In this document: in pieces, positions 9,516 through 19,314 of the stretch
Layout of the letters: every line of letters starts with the position of its first letter
How positions within the stretch are numbered: position 1 is the first letter of the stretch
IMG/VR virus record: IMGVR_UViG_3300029825_000003
Span: 9,513 to 73,512 of that record
DNA: 64,000 bases
Source of the DNA: a virus
Strand: one strand, 5' to 3'
Notes under the pieces: model-generated
The model's input: the letters and a program-made list of their open reading frames with translations, nothing else
Databases searched by the model: none
Told to the model about the DNA's origin: nothing
Position numbers and translations under genes: made by a program

Positions 9516-11039
9516 TTAAATTCTCATTCCACCTGCTGAAAATGCACCCATAAATGATGTTTCATAAGCCTGCTGTTGGAAAGGTTGATTAATTACAATT
9601 GCTGTAGCCGTACTTGTCACGTCTACCATATCATCGTGAGCCGCATTAGGAAAGCCTAATAACTCCGCTTCATAATCATTCAGCCAGGGAGCCCCCGCAA
9701 GGAAATAGACAACTCCTGCGGCTATCCGGGTAGCTGCCGGAATAAAACGAGTTACCTTATCTGTATCGGCATCGACCTTTTGAACGGGAAGCCCTTCTCT
9801 TATCAGAGTTTGATATAAAGAAATACCTAACCCTGTCTTTTCTACAGCTTGAAAAACAGGATGCCATCTGAGGTATTGCTGTTTGAAAAGGGGGACCTGA
9901 TCGGGAGTTTCTAATCGAGTTCGTATCAAGTCGATGAGTGCGAGTTCATTTTGTGGAGTTTGCGCCCAGGTTGCCAGGACAAAATAGTCTGCGCTCGTTT
10001 TCGTTGAGGCGGCGGGGTCACATGTCTGGAAGATCCTGCATTGTGGGAGTAAATACTGTTTATCCCCGAGATCGAGGATATTGTTTTGGAGTGTGCAGTA
10101 TTTGAATTGTTCTTTTTTTACGAGGTTACCTGCTGCTGCTGAAGGTCTTTGCTGATAGAGAGATAACCATGAATAAACAGGAAGTGTATTTTTTATTTTG
10201 TAAAGAACTTCTTCAGGGAATTTTTTTACCCATAACGACTGATTTGGAGCAGTCCTTTGATCATATTCAGGTATCACTTCTTCAGAGAGGGCAGGGAGTG
10301 TTATTATCTTACATTTATCAGTTCCTAATTCATTCTCTGAAATATCGATTACCTTTCCAATAAGATCTTCTTCGTGCCAACGAGTAGCTGTTATTAGTAC
10401 GGGAGCGTTATCTTCCCGCCGAGTCAAGAACACATCTGTATACCATTCAAAATTTTTTTCTCTGATCGTAGCACTTTCAGCTTCTTCGCGGTTCTTGAAG
10501 GGGTCGTCTATTATTCCTATCCCATCGAAACCCATACCAGTTATCCCTCCTCCAATTCCACAACTCCTATAAACCCCTTTGTGATTCACGATTTCAAAAA
10601 TATCAGAGTTTCTTAAGTATGATCCTTGTGCAGTTGTACGGACATTAGAAGAGTTTAATCGGGTTTCTGGGAAAATAAGAGAATAAATGGGGTCATCCAC
10701 CACACGTTGTACATCTCTATTCATTCGGCTGGAAAGGTCTGCACTATAAGAACATGCTATAATACTAGAATCAGGGTCTTTCCCTAATTTATAAGCCGGG
10801 AGTCTCCGTGAAACTATTTCAGACTTCCCAAATCGAGGAGGAGTTGAAACGATTAGTAATTCGTATTCACGATTGAGAAGATTGTCTATTTCATCACAAA
10901 TTAATTTATGATGCCAGTTTACGAGATAATCCGGTTTGGTAAACTTTGTAAATTCAATTAAAGATTCTGTCGCCTTTTTTCGCCTAAGCAACTCTTGAAG
11001 AATTTCACGCTTTGAAAATTGTTCTTCAATTTGTAGCAT
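9516..11039 (-). CDS. terL: Terminase large subunit
   Basis: Walker A STPPRFGKS, Walker B IIDDP, C-terminal nuclease CDPA...DY...HDDMVD. Confidence 0.95.
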   Translation of the reverse strand: MLQIEEQFSKREILQELLRRKKATESLIEFTKFTKPDYLVNWHHKLICDEIDNLLNREYELLIVSTPPRFGKSEIVSRRLPAYKLGKDPDSSIIACSYSADLSSRMNRDVQRVVDDPIYSLIFPETRLNSSNVRTTAQGSYLRNSDIFEIVNHKGVYRSCGIGGGITGMGFDGIGIIDDPFKNREEAESATIREKNFEWYTDVFLTRREDNAPVLITATRWHEEDLIGKVIDISENELGTDKCKIITLPALSEEVIPEYDQRTAPNQSLWVKKFPEEVLYKIKNTLPVYSWLSLYQQRPSAAAGNLVKKEQFKYCTLQNNILDLGDKQYLLPQCRIFQTCDPAASTKTSADYFVLATWAQTPQNELALIDLIRTRLETPDQVPLFKQQYLRWHPVFQAVEKTGLGISLYQTLIREGLPVQKVDADTDKVTRFIPAATRIAAGVVYFLAGAPWLNDYEAELLGFPNAAHDDMVDVTSTATAIVINQPFQQQAYETSFMGAFSAGGMRI

Positions 11040-11493
11040 TTATCATCCTCAAAAGTTGTTCTGTTGAAACTTCTTCCAACTTGACAGCGTTAATATTATT
11101 GATCGTAACCCCTTTATCCCCGGTCAATTTCCCCAGCCTCTTATCAAGACTGTCAAGCGCATTATTCGCCTCTTTGAATGCTAATACCCTAGTATGCTCA
11201 TTCTCTGCGCTCTGAGCGAGTCCTAGTAACCCTCGAATTACCGTCTTTCTATCTTCAATTGTGGAAATCTCAGCTTCCACAACTTTAGCTTTAAGCTGGA
11301 CTTTGTTCTCAATAATTTCAGCCGTGTATTTTTCATCTGATTTCAAAAAAGAGAATACTGAATCTTTGCTTATTTTGTGTCCGGTCTCTGTCGTTAAAGT
11401 GTCGGCAATGTCTCTTAATGATACCCCTTTTTCATTAAGTTCTCTTACCCTCGGTTCAAGGTTATATTTATTGATTTTGTTAACGGCTGACAT
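11026..11493 (-). CDS. terS: Terminase small subunit
   Basis: N-terminal HTH (SLRDIADTL), coiled coil, overlaps terL start, ends EEVSTEQLLRMI. Confidence 0.7.
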   Translation of the reverse strand: MSAVNKINKYNLEPRVRELNEKGVSLRDIADTLTTETGHKISKDSVFSFLKSDEKYTAEIIENKVQLKAKVVEAEISTIEDRKTVIRGLLGLAQSAENEHTRVLAFKEANNALDSLDKRLGKLTGDKGVTINNINAVKLEEVSTEQLLRMINATN

Positions 11494-11568
11494 TGTTTAG
11501 TCCTGTCTGGGATTGTCGAGTTTTGTCGAGATATATTTTTAGTGTTTAGAAATATAAATGAAAATTCA

Positions 11569-11733
11569 TTACTTCTCAACTTTCACATAAATATAAGCTC
11601 TCTCACCGACTGCAATACTATCCATACACTCCGGATCTGTCCGCGTTAATTCACAAGTTGAACAGTGTTTTTCTTCATCGCAGGTGAATCTATGATTGCA
11701 TCCCACAATTTCATAGTGTGTTGATTTTTTCAT
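11569..11733 (-). CDS. Small Cys-rich protein
   Basis: Start refined to MKKSTHY; C-x4-C-x5-C-x2-C. Confidence 0.6.
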   Translation of the reverse strand: MKKSTHYEIVGCNHRFTCDEEKHCSTCELTRTDPECMDSIAVGERAYIYVKVEK

Positions 11734-11975
11734 TGAATTGCCCTCATTAATATCCCGGGTAAATCCCACCCCATCAAATAAGCAACTACTCCGAAAACAG
11801 ACAACGCCCATAAAAAAGAAAAATACCCAAGCTGCATATTATCACCGCGTTTCCAATTTCGATACATGAAAGGAGGATATCCGATACAGTACAGAACATT
11901 CGCGTAAAATGCTTGATTAAATGTGCAGGCGAATTGAGCGAGAATGTTAGGGAGTGGGATTAAGAGCTCTAACAT
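11730..11975 (-). CDS. Small membrane protein (PQ-loop/PnuC-like)
   Basis: Two to three hydrophobic helices; family call by pattern only. Confidence 0.5.
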   Translation of the reverse strand: MLELLIPLPNILAQFACTFNQAFYANVLYCIGYPPFMYRNWKRGDNMQLGYFSFLWALSVFGVVAYLMGWDLPGILMRAIQ

Positions 11976-11978
11976 TGA

Positions 11979-12155
11979 TTACCTCAAATAAATACACCAT
12001 GGATCGTCAGAGCCATTTCCTTGAACTTTATACCTGCTTCCTTCGTATAAGATACTAGGTTTCCCGAAAAATGGTCTTATACATCTTAAGATAATCTTGT
12101 TACATTTGCCATCTTTGCCAAAAACTTTTATTTTTACTTGTGTTCCCAGTGGTAT
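11979..12155 (-). CDS. Small hypothetical protein with apparent ATA start
   Basis: 58-codon frame filling the gap; GGAGG 8 nt upstream of ATA. Confidence 0.45.
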   Translation of the reverse strand: MPLGTQVKIKVFGKDGKCNKIILRCIRPFFGKPSILYEGSRYKVQGNGSDDPWCIYLR

Positions 12156-12158
12156 AGG

Positions 12159-12329
12159 TTATTCCTCCTCATCGTCTACGTTCTCATCATGCTCAATGTC
12201 CCCTCTCATCCCACCCTGCCGAATAGGTTGACCTCTCCAATATGGATCTTGACAGGGAGAGGTATGTTTGATTGCAGAGCCGAAATTATAGGAGTTTGGG
12301 CTTGGATATTGGTCTTTATAGAGTGTCAT
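12159..12329 (-). CDS. Small hypothetical protein with acidic tail (56 aa)
   Basis: Read by hand; ends DDEEE*. Confidence 0.55.
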   Translation of the reverse strand: MTLYKDQYPSPNSYNFGSAIKHTSPCQDPYWRGQPIRQGGMRGDIEHDENVDDEEE

Positions 12330-12453
12330 TGTTGAGCCTCTGGATTTATCGGACCTGCTGCGTTACCTACATAGACAAAAGTTGGGATATACAAGTCATA
12401 TTTTTGTTTGTGCGTTTTTTCTTTTAGGGGGAAAGTTGTCTGCATGTGGCCTC

Positions 12454-12663
12454 TTACAACTTTTTAACCTCATTTGTGAGTTCTTTTATCACATTTGTTT
12501 TCATCTGCTCAGAAGCTAGTTTGAAGCAGTCAAGAATAGTGTAGTCTTTACCCCCTTCTGCACCTGCTGTAATTAACTGGTCTTCTATCAAAGTTGCCTC
12601 TATGAGTAGTTGTTCTTCGTCATTGCTGTACCCATCGTATTTGTGAATTAGTCTATTTATCAT
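12454..12663 (-). CDS. Hypothetical protein
   Basis: ORF track; GAGG SD. Confidence 0.7.
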   Translation of the reverse strand: MINRLIHKYDGYSNDEEQLLIEATLIEDQLITAGAEGGKDYTILDCFKLASEQMKTNVIKELTNEVKKL

Positions 12664-12685
12664 AGTAAAACCTCAAAAAAAAGAA

Positions 12686-12868
12686 TTAAATATTGAAATT
12701 TTGATTGGCTTCAAGTTCTAACTTTTTAGCAAGATACTCTTCATATGCAATTACTTGACCCCATTCAGGACATTTTCTTTTTGAAGATTCACTACCATGA
12801 CACATAATATTGTATTTTGTACATTTTGTAGAGTTATAATCAGGTTCAAAAACACATCCATTTCTCAT
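12686..12868 (-). CDS. Small Cys-rich protein
   Basis: ORF track; GGAGG SD. Confidence 0.65.
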   Translation of the reverse strand: MRNGCVFEPDYNSTKCTKYNIMCHGSESSKRKCPEWGQVIAYEEYLAKKLELEANQNFNI

Positions 12869-13050
12869 GATTTATTGCCTCCAGTTATCGATTTGTAATT
12901 AATACTAGTATATACTATTAAAAATTCAGTTTAACTTAATAAAGAAAAAAATTAAGTACAAAAACAGTATCTATCTAATCTAAAAAGAATTAATAATAGT
13001 ACTACATAGTAATATTATTAATTCGAAAGCGATATAGAAAGATGAGTTTT

Positions 13051-15123
13051 TCAGATTACCTTATAATATCCCTCCTGGGAACACAGTATATCTCCTCTCT
13101 CTTTCATTTTCCGAAGTAATTCTTCAGGTTCCTTAATCCCTTCGTTAAGACATTTCTCTATGATTTCCTCCCTTCTTACAGATTTATCTCTAGTTGTATC
13201 TTTATCAGAAATTGATTTTATTATATTGACTATCTTTCGAATCTTCCTAGATTGACTCATAGAAGTCCCACAGGCAAGTACATTCGCGTCAAGTTCACCG
13301 GTTTCCGGGTCTATTCCAACATTTTTAAGATTATTATAAAATATTTCAACTGCTGCCTTCGCGTCTTCTTCTTCAATCATATCAGATAATCTTAATCTGG
13401 CGTGCGCAGTTGCAAGCCTGTAAGCAGCTTCCAGTGTACGAGCTGTTATAGGGATTGTATCAGTTCTCCCACCTGCAGCCCCTCTTGTACCTACAAAAAA
13501 GTCTATTATCATTTCCTCGGCTTCATCGGTAAGCACCGGGAAAACATGAGTTCGAATATAAGCAATACATTTTCTTAAAAGTTCAAGGTCTATTTCTGGT
13601 TCAATAATTTCCTTTTTGCCACGTAAGGCCCCTAAAATATGTTTAGCGAGCTTCCTATCAGTATCAGGGTTCGGAGTGTCCCGTAAGATAAAAAGTAGGT
13701 CCATCCTCGAAATAAAAGCGTCTCCATGTGTGATCTGTTCAGCAATTGGTGTATATTTGTCATACCGCCCATACTTAGGATTTGCAGCCCCTAAAAAGGC
13801 AGTCCGGGTAAAAAGGTCAGCTTTCACAACTTTGTTAATATGTACTATCTGTTGCTCTAATGCTTCATGGATTGAACCTAATTGCCCCTGCTTCATTTTA
13901 TCAAGCTCATCGGCACAACATATACCACCATCCGCTAGTGTTAAGGCGCCCGGCTGAATCCACCATTTGCCGTCCATCTCGTCTTTAACAGCTCCACCTG
14001 TTAAACCGGCCTCCGAAGTGGACCTCCCTGAGAATTCTACGGCACGAGGGGAATATTTAGCTACAAACGCGAGTAATTGACTCTTTGCTACCCCCGGATC
14101 ACCTACTAACATCATATGGATATCTCCTCTTTTCCTGGTCCCATCTGGAAGGTCTATAGCCATCCCACCCACCATCTGAAGAGCAAGACCAAGTTTAACG
14201 TCTTCAAGTCCAAAAATAGAAGGAGCTATAGATCGGAGGATTTTAGCTTTCAGTACTCCTTCCGATGCCCACTGTTGAAATAAATCAGCTTCTTCTTTTG
14301 AAATCTCAATATTTTCATAATCAGAATCAGATTTCTCGATAGAATTAGCAATGAATGTAAAGTCCTGATATTTGCTTTTCTGAGTACCTATAAGTTTAAG
14401 TCGGCCTTTCAAGATCCCAGTTATTATTACTTTATCTCCTGGAGTAGTAGCCCCGGCAATATCATAAGAACACGATACATTAAGAAATTCAGGGAGTTTC
14501 CCTCTTAGATTCTCAATAGGCTCCTGAATCTTAACATATTGATGATCATATTTAACGGACTCATCTTCTTTAATTTTAAAGTGTTTTTTATTCCCACATG
14601 TAGTGTTTTCACACTCATACGGTTCAATTAAAGAGTCAACGTCATCCAACTGCATTATCTTGTTTACATGCCCACAAATCATACAAACATGTGCAGACTG
14701 TTTAAATGCTGGTCTTACTTCAGATGCCTTTGAAATAACGCACCTGATCGCTAAAAACTTTTCAAGGTGAATATCTCTCAATTTAGATATACTAACTTCT
14801 GAAGTCTGAGGGAGTCCAGTAACTCTAACTATAACATCAGGGAGATTCTTATCTAGTAAGTCAATCTCGGATATTGCTTCAGTTGCAGCCTCAAACCATT
14901 CAGAAGGAGCATTTAAAAGACGATCTGCAATTTCCTTATTATACAATGCAATATGCCTAAATTCAACATACAAACTTTTTTTATCAGGATAAATCTCACT
15001 TAAATATAATAGATCATCCCAATATTGTTTTGGTGCTAAATCTTTATGATTTTTCCCTTTATTTACGTATAACCCCCTACTAAAAAATATTTTAAGTTTC
15101 TCCTTCAGCATATCGTAATCCAT
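13051..15123 (-). CDS. mcm: MCM replicative helicase
   Basis: Zn finger CMIC...C, Walker A GDPGVAKS, Walker B ADGGICCADELDKM, IHEALEQQ, AANPKYGRY, SRMDL, TARTLE; no intein. Confidence 0.97.
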   Translation of the reverse strand: MDYDMLKEKLKIFFSRGLYVNKGKNHKDLAPKQYWDDLLYLSEIYPDKKSLYVEFRHIALYNKEIADRLLNAPSEWFEAATEAISEIDLLDKNLPDVIVRVTGLPQTSEVSISKLRDIHLEKFLAIRCVISKASEVRPAFKQSAHVCMICGHVNKIMQLDDVDSLIEPYECENTTCGNKKHFKIKEDESVKYDHQYVKIQEPIENLRGKLPEFLNVSCSYDIAGATTPGDKVIITGILKGRLKLIGTQKSKYQDFTFIANSIEKSDSDYENIEISKEEADLFQQWASEGVLKAKILRSIAPSIFGLEDVKLGLALQMVGGMAIDLPDGTRKRGDIHMMLVGDPGVAKSQLLAFVAKYSPRAVEFSGRSTSEAGLTGGAVKDEMDGKWWIQPGALTLADGGICCADELDKMKQGQLGSIHEALEQQIVHINKVVKADLFTRTAFLGAANPKYGRYDKYTPIAEQITHGDAFISRMDLLFILRDTPNPDTDRKLAKHILGALRGKKEIIEPEIDLELLRKCIAYIRTHVFPVLTDEAEEMIIDFFVGTRGAAGGRTDTIPITARTLEAAYRLATAHARLRLSDMIEEEDAKAAVEIFYNNLKNVGIDPETGELDANVLACGTSMSQSRKIRKIVNIIKSISDKDTTRDKSVRREEIIEKCLNEGIKEPEELLRKMKERGDILCSQEGYYKVI

Positions 15124-15127
15124 ACAC

Positions 15128-15637
15128 TCACCTGCTGTAAAAAACTCTCACTGCTTCCTCAGAGGGCCTGAATTTTGAATCCTTCAGGAAAACTTCTATC
15201 TTTGCAGCATCAACCCCGGAAAGATCAGAAAGTTTAGTGTATTGTAAAAAACCCATATCTTTTTTGAAAGCCTTGCACATTGTAAGTGTTTCTTTCACGA
15301 CTACGTTTATTTGAGCTTCAGCTTTCTTTACATCGTTAACTTCAATAACGGCCTTAGCTTCGAGCTGTTCTATTCTTCTCAAAATGACGGCTTCTTTTGC
15401 CAAATCTGACTGAATTCTCGCTCGAATCTCTTCTAACTGCCATTTAAGTTTAGGAAGATCTGAGTGATAATAGGCAATTTTGTTTAAGAAAGCCTCTCTA
15501 GCAATATCTTGTCTTGATTCTGGAAGATCCCCCGCGGCTATCCATAACTCAGGGTCCATGTACAATATATGCTGAGTCTCCCGCCCTGTATTTTTCTTGG
15601 GTCTTCCTCTACGTTTAGGTTGATTTTCATCTTGCAT
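15128..15637 (-). CDS. DNA-binding protein (AT-hook-like + RHH-like + coiled coil)
   Basis: KRRGRPKK; QHILYMDPELW; immediately upstream of mcm. Confidence 0.55.
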   Translation of the reverse strand: MQDENQPKRRGRPKKNTGRETQHILYMDPELWIAAGDLPESRQDIAREAFLNKIAYYHSDLPKLKWQLEEIRARIQSDLAKEAVILRRIEQLEAKAVIEVNDVKKAEAQINVVVKETLTMCKAFKKDMGFLQYTKLSDLSGVDAAKIEVFLKDSKFRPSEEAVRVFYSR

Positions 15638-16027
15638 TCATCGCACCCCCACAAAACACCGTCTCCCTCTCTTTTCAATAACGATCTCATCCGGCATCCC
15701 CTTCAAAATATACCACATTTTCCCATGTGAACAACCAAACGCCCTGGCCACATCCACAACACTCTTACCGGCGTGCCCCCTCACATACTCAACAATCTTC
15801 TCCTTAAACTGTCGGCTCTCTCCGCGTGGGATATGCAATGAAACCCCATGCGTCTTCCTGCTGCCATATTGTTTCTCACGGAGACAATGTGATACGAGAA
15901 TATGCTTTCCACAGACCGGGCAATCAAGAGAATCTAACGACATCTCAATTTCGATGTAATGTTTGGAAGTCCCTTGATATGGGCATAATTTTCGGGCAAT
16001 CATACGGTCACCCGGAGAGCCCCACAC
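15638..16027 (-). CDS. Zinc-ribbon + HTH protein
   Basis: CPVC; SVVDVARAFGCSHGKMWYILK. Confidence 0.65.
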   Translation of the reverse strand: MWGSPGDRMIARKLCPYQGTSKHYIEIEMSLDSLDCPVCGKHILVSHCLREKQYGSRKTHGVSLHIPRGESRQFKEKIVEYVRGHAGKSVVDVARAFGCSHGKMWYILKGMPDEIVIEKRGRRCFVGVR

Positions 16028-16773
16028 ACGGCTTGATATTCGACTTCTAAACGGGCCTTCTTCTTGAGAAGCTCAGAAACGTCATTATAAGGTTCTACAT
16101 CAAGTTTTAAAATTGAAGAATAGTTCTGCCTTATCCACTGCCTAATTAAGCTCTTGTAAAGCTCTATGGCGTTTTTCCTCGTACCCGCAAAAAGCACAGG
16201 AACTCCTCTCGTATAAAGAGAAGCTATCTTACCTCTGCGAGCCTCCACATTGGCCCCTATATGATTGATATTGCGTTCTTTCCCAGTAAAAGCCGGAGAA
16301 TACAGAAGGAAATCGTTAAGTGTGCATTCCGCGATAACAACCATCTGAGAGAAGCGCGGGTCCTCTCGGAAGCGGTCAATTTCCCGGTAAAACCTCGCAC
16401 AGTTTTCCGCACCCATTAGAGTAGAATAGAGATCTTCGCAACCCTTTCCTTTTCCACCCTTCCGTTCCGCGAGAATACCAACCCACCCGGCAAAACCAGG
16501 GCCTCGATAATAAGCTTGATAATCGCCTACCTGCTGAATTCCTGATTTTTCTTTTAAGAGCATTGGCCTAACTGGATAGCCTAAATCTTCTTGTTTCCAA
16601 GGTAATTGCTCATTGGATGCTGCAAAAATGGTTATGTTTACGAGTTTCGCCCAGGAACCCACTCTTGTATTTAATTTTGATTGAATAGTTTCATTATCGG
16701 GGTATTCCTTAAGTGCTTCATGAAGTTCCCTTATTTCATCAATATATGACTGAATTGTTTTTTTAGGAGGCAT
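16000..16773 (-). CDS. ERCC4/XPF-family nuclease
   Basis: EQLPW...VGDY...ERKGG...DL motif set. Confidence 0.85.
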   Translation of the reverse strand: MPPKKTIQSYIDEIRELHEALKEYPDNETIQSKLNTRVGSWAKLVNITIFAASNEQLPWKQEDLGYPVRPMLLKEKSGIQQVGDYQAYYRGPGFAGWVGILAERKGGKGKGCEDLYSTLMGAENCARFYREIDRFREDPRFSQMVVIAECTLNDFLLYSPAFTGKERNINHIGANVEARRGKIASLYTRGVPVLFAGTRKNAIELYKSLIRQWIRQNYSSILKLDVEPYNDVSELLKKKARLEVEYQAVCGALRVTV

Positions 16774-16979
16774 TAATAAGCCCCCACTCGTCTACCTTTG
16801 CACCTAACCTCAGCTATGAACTCCCATGCCCCTTCAATTTCATCTCTCAACTGTTTACATGTGGCACCTTCTCGGCTCCTATTGATAATCCTCTCAGCAC
16901 GTTCAGTGCGGTCAATTGGGTGAACATGCCTACGTTTGAATTCGTCCCACCGTGCACGTTCTTCAGGAGTGAGTTTCAT
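16773..16979 (-). CDS. Hypothetical protein
   Basis: ORF track; coupled to ERCC4 gene. Confidence 0.6.
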   Translation of the reverse strand: MKLTPEERARWDEFKRRHVHPIDRTERAERIINRSREGATCKQLRDEIEGAWEFIAEVRCKGRRVGAY

Positions 16980-17289
16980 GATCTGCCTCCATCACATTTT
17001 TGATACGTTCAATTGCCTCAGGATACCAAAAACGCAGGAGAGCAACACTAACAACCATCAAACCACCTTCTCAAAATAGATAATCTGTTCGTCTGGATGT
17101 TCATACCGATGTGCAAAAATACACCCAGAGCATTTCCCTTCAATGTGACAGATTGCAGTCCCTCTTATCCGGGGATCACAGGCAAGGATAGAACGGCTAT
17201 ATTGATTGTCCGTAGCCATTATATTCCTCTCCACAGTGTCAATAAAAAAAGAAAGAGTAGTCCGATGATTAGAAGATAAGTTCCTCTCA

Positions 17290-17574
17290 TCAAGCCACCT
17301 TCTGAAACTCCATACACTCCCCGATATTATCATTCTCTGAATTACAATCAGCCTTCTTCGCACACGAATTACAAATGCTTTCAATAACAAACAATTTGTT
17401 AAACTGTTGAAGAAGACATTTCAAAAGAATCTGCTCTTTCTGTGTGATCTCCTGAGCGCGAATGTCAAGGGGAAGCTCAAAAAGAGGGTTTTCCGGAAAT
17501 AATGCATTTTCACGTACATCAATGGACTTCAGAAGGAGGTTCTGAAATTTCTTTACAGAGGTTACAGGGATCAT
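17290..17574 (-). CDS. Hypothetical protein with C-terminal Cys cluster
   Basis: ORF track; CNSC...C...C. Confidence 0.6.
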   Translation of the reverse strand: MIPVTSVKKFQNLLLKSIDVRENALFPENPLFELPLDIRAQEITQKEQILLKCLLQQFNKLFVIESICNSCAKKADCNSENDNIGECMEFQKVA

Positions 17575-17796
17575 TAATAAGCCCCCATCATAGAAAAATT
17601 AAAATGGAAAGGGAGATTAATTTCTTCCAGAGTGATATCCCCGAGTACTTTTCTTCGATTGGCCTCGAATTTTTGACTGTGGGATTCACTCATTTCTTCA
17701 TCTCCGGCAGGTCTCTTTTGACATATAAAAAATAATTAGCAGCAAATAGATACAACACTGCTAGAATCACGGCTGTAGCACATGTTTGATCAGGGG

Positions 17797-18057
17797 TCAC
17801 GCTTGAACCACCTCCGCATAATCTTTCTTAATGTCAAAGCTGATATGTGCCTTTGGGATAGCCACTCTAAAACCCTGTTCACTCTCTCCCAAAAGTACAA
17901 CTTCACTTCCTTCCGGAATCACATTGTTATCAGCCGTCCACTGTTTAAATCTCATAAAATATCCTATCATTTCAGAGGGATACACGATAGGAAGCTTCAT
18001 CCCGGGTAGTTCTGTGGTTTTCTTGCGTGTATTTAATTCCCCGGCTTTGTCTTGCAT
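17797..18057 (-). CDS. SH3-like small protein
   Basis: IPEGSEVVLLGESEQGFRV pattern. Confidence 0.55.
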   Translation of the reverse strand: MQDKAGELNTRKKTTELPGMKLPIVYPSEMIGYFMRFKQWTADNNVIPEGSEVVLLGESEQGFRVAIPKAHISFDIKKDYAEVVQA

Positions 18058-18410
18058 TACAAATCACCTATCGTAATCGAAACACTTGCAGGAATCACAG
18101 TAGTCTTCCTAAACTGTTCAACAACAGGATGAACAGCAGCGTACCCCATCAGAGCTTTATCATCCCATGAATGCCTTTCATATTCTTTCTTAAAAGTAGC
18201 CTTTCCAGAATTACACTTAAAGGATTTTCCACTTGCCAGAACTTCCGATTTTATCTTTTCCTGAGTCTCAGTTATAATCTTCTCATAAGGCTCGGCAATG
18301 GCTTCAATTTCCTTCTCAAGAACCATAACTTTATCATGAAGTTCTCTGATTGCCTCGTTCCTCGATGCAATAGTTGCATATAATGTCTGAAAATCTGATT
18401 CTATACTCAT
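18057..18410 (-). CDS. Gam-like/Gp157-like coiled-coil protein
   Basis: Long coiled coil then GKATFKK...SWDDKAL; in replication/recombination block. Confidence 0.55.
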   Translation of the reverse strand: MSIESDFQTLYATIASRNEAIRELHDKVMVLEKEIEAIAEPYEKIITETQEKIKSEVLASGKSFKCNSGKATFKKEYERHSWDDKALMGYAAVHPVVEQFRKTTVIPASVSITIGDL

Positions 18411-18697
18411 TCTTATTTCCTCCTACACACAGGGCACAATCTTTCCAGATCCCCTTCAACCGCCACGAAAGACTTCTGGCAGTAATTACAAGTTCTCTGA
18501 ACTATACTTTCATCAGCAGCCATCAGAGCATCAACCATAGCCACTTGCCCGAATCCGGTCATTTCAGAGCCTCCATAGCTTCTTGTGCAGTCATAAGGTC
18601 GGGGGTAACTTCAAGAGTAATCCCAGGAACAGGTTTTTCAGCGATGATCTTCAACGATCTCGCAATGGATTCGAGAGCTATAATTAGACGCTCATTC

Positions 18698-18979
18698 TCA
18701 GACATTCAAACCCCTCGAAATTGGATACTGCATCCATTCATAATCTGTATAGTAAAAATTAGCAATGTCAGTACGCTTCCCAAGATGGAAAACTACTCCT
18801 ATAAAAACAGGATCTGGTGTTTTCTTTCGAAGCAAATTAAGATTAACAGTTTGTTCGCCTGTTTTTATCTTCTCAATCTCGATAACTTCAGAGATTCTTG
18901 AGATTATCTCTGGTACATCTTCCATGGAGTACCCTTTTTTTGTGCTCCATAGTTCAAAATCAATTATTCTTTCATTCAA
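18698..18979 (-). CDS. Hypothetical protein
   Basis: ORF track; first gene after the tRNA. Confidence 0.7.
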   Translation of the reverse strand: MNERIIDFELWSTKKGYSMEDVPEIISRISEVIEIEKIKTGEQTVNLNLLRKKTPDPVFIGVVFHLGKRTDIANFYYTDYEWMQYPISRGLNV

Positions 18980-19017
18980 TTTTTATCACCATCTTATTTT
19001 AAAAAAACCGTTTTTCA

Positions 19018-19090
19018 AACTCCTATCAGGATTCGAACCTGAGACCAAGAGTCCAAAGCTCTTGATGATTGCCCGCTACACCATAGGAGT
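19018..19090 (-). tRNA. tRNA-Gln (UUG)
   Basis: Complete cloverleaf ACTCCTA/TAGGAGT, GTG/CAT, AAGAG-CTTTGGA-CTCTT, TCAGG-TTCGAAT-CCTGA; archaeal A1:U72; no encoded CCA. Confidence 0.93.
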
Positions 19091-19096
19091 ATACTG

Positions 19097-19243
19097 GCCC
19101 CGGCACCGCCAGGGCAAACGTACGCTGAGAACTGATCCGGTTGCCTTACACCTCTGCAAGGCTCGTTTTTCTGGTAGAAACAAAGATCCGTTTTTACGAC
19201 TCATCCTACGTGTTTTTTTGTTATGTGTCCGGGTTGTCCCGGA
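19097..19243 (-). ncRNA. Multi-hairpin structured spacer RNA
   Basis: Stems at 19097-19115 (8 bp), 19143-19162 (8 bp) and 19228-19243 (6 bp); G-U pairs form only on the minus strand. Confidence 0.55.
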
Positions 19244-19314
19244 TGCCGTAAGAAGGATTCGAACCTTCATCACACGACTTTGCAGAAGTGGTCTGCCAGT
19301 TGATATATTACGGC
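19244..19314 (-). pseudogene. Degenerate tRNA-Cys(GCA)-like unit
   Basis: Perfect acceptor GCCGTAA/TTACGGC and T arm GAAGG-TTCGAAT-CCTTC; D loop TCAACTGGCAGA; anticodon arm 2 nt short and mispaired around CTGCAAA. Confidence 0.65.

Noticed and set aside
9516-15123. Inteins in terL or MCM
   Set aside because: Lengths are normal, motifs are contiguous and there are no splice-junction signatures.
19118-19211. Possible hammerhead or other self-cleaving ribozyme (GATGAG-stem...GAAA)
   Set aside because: The CUGAUGA core and correctly placed GAAA/UH are absent, and I could not fit HDV/theta, twister or pistol folds by eye. An Infernal search would settle it.
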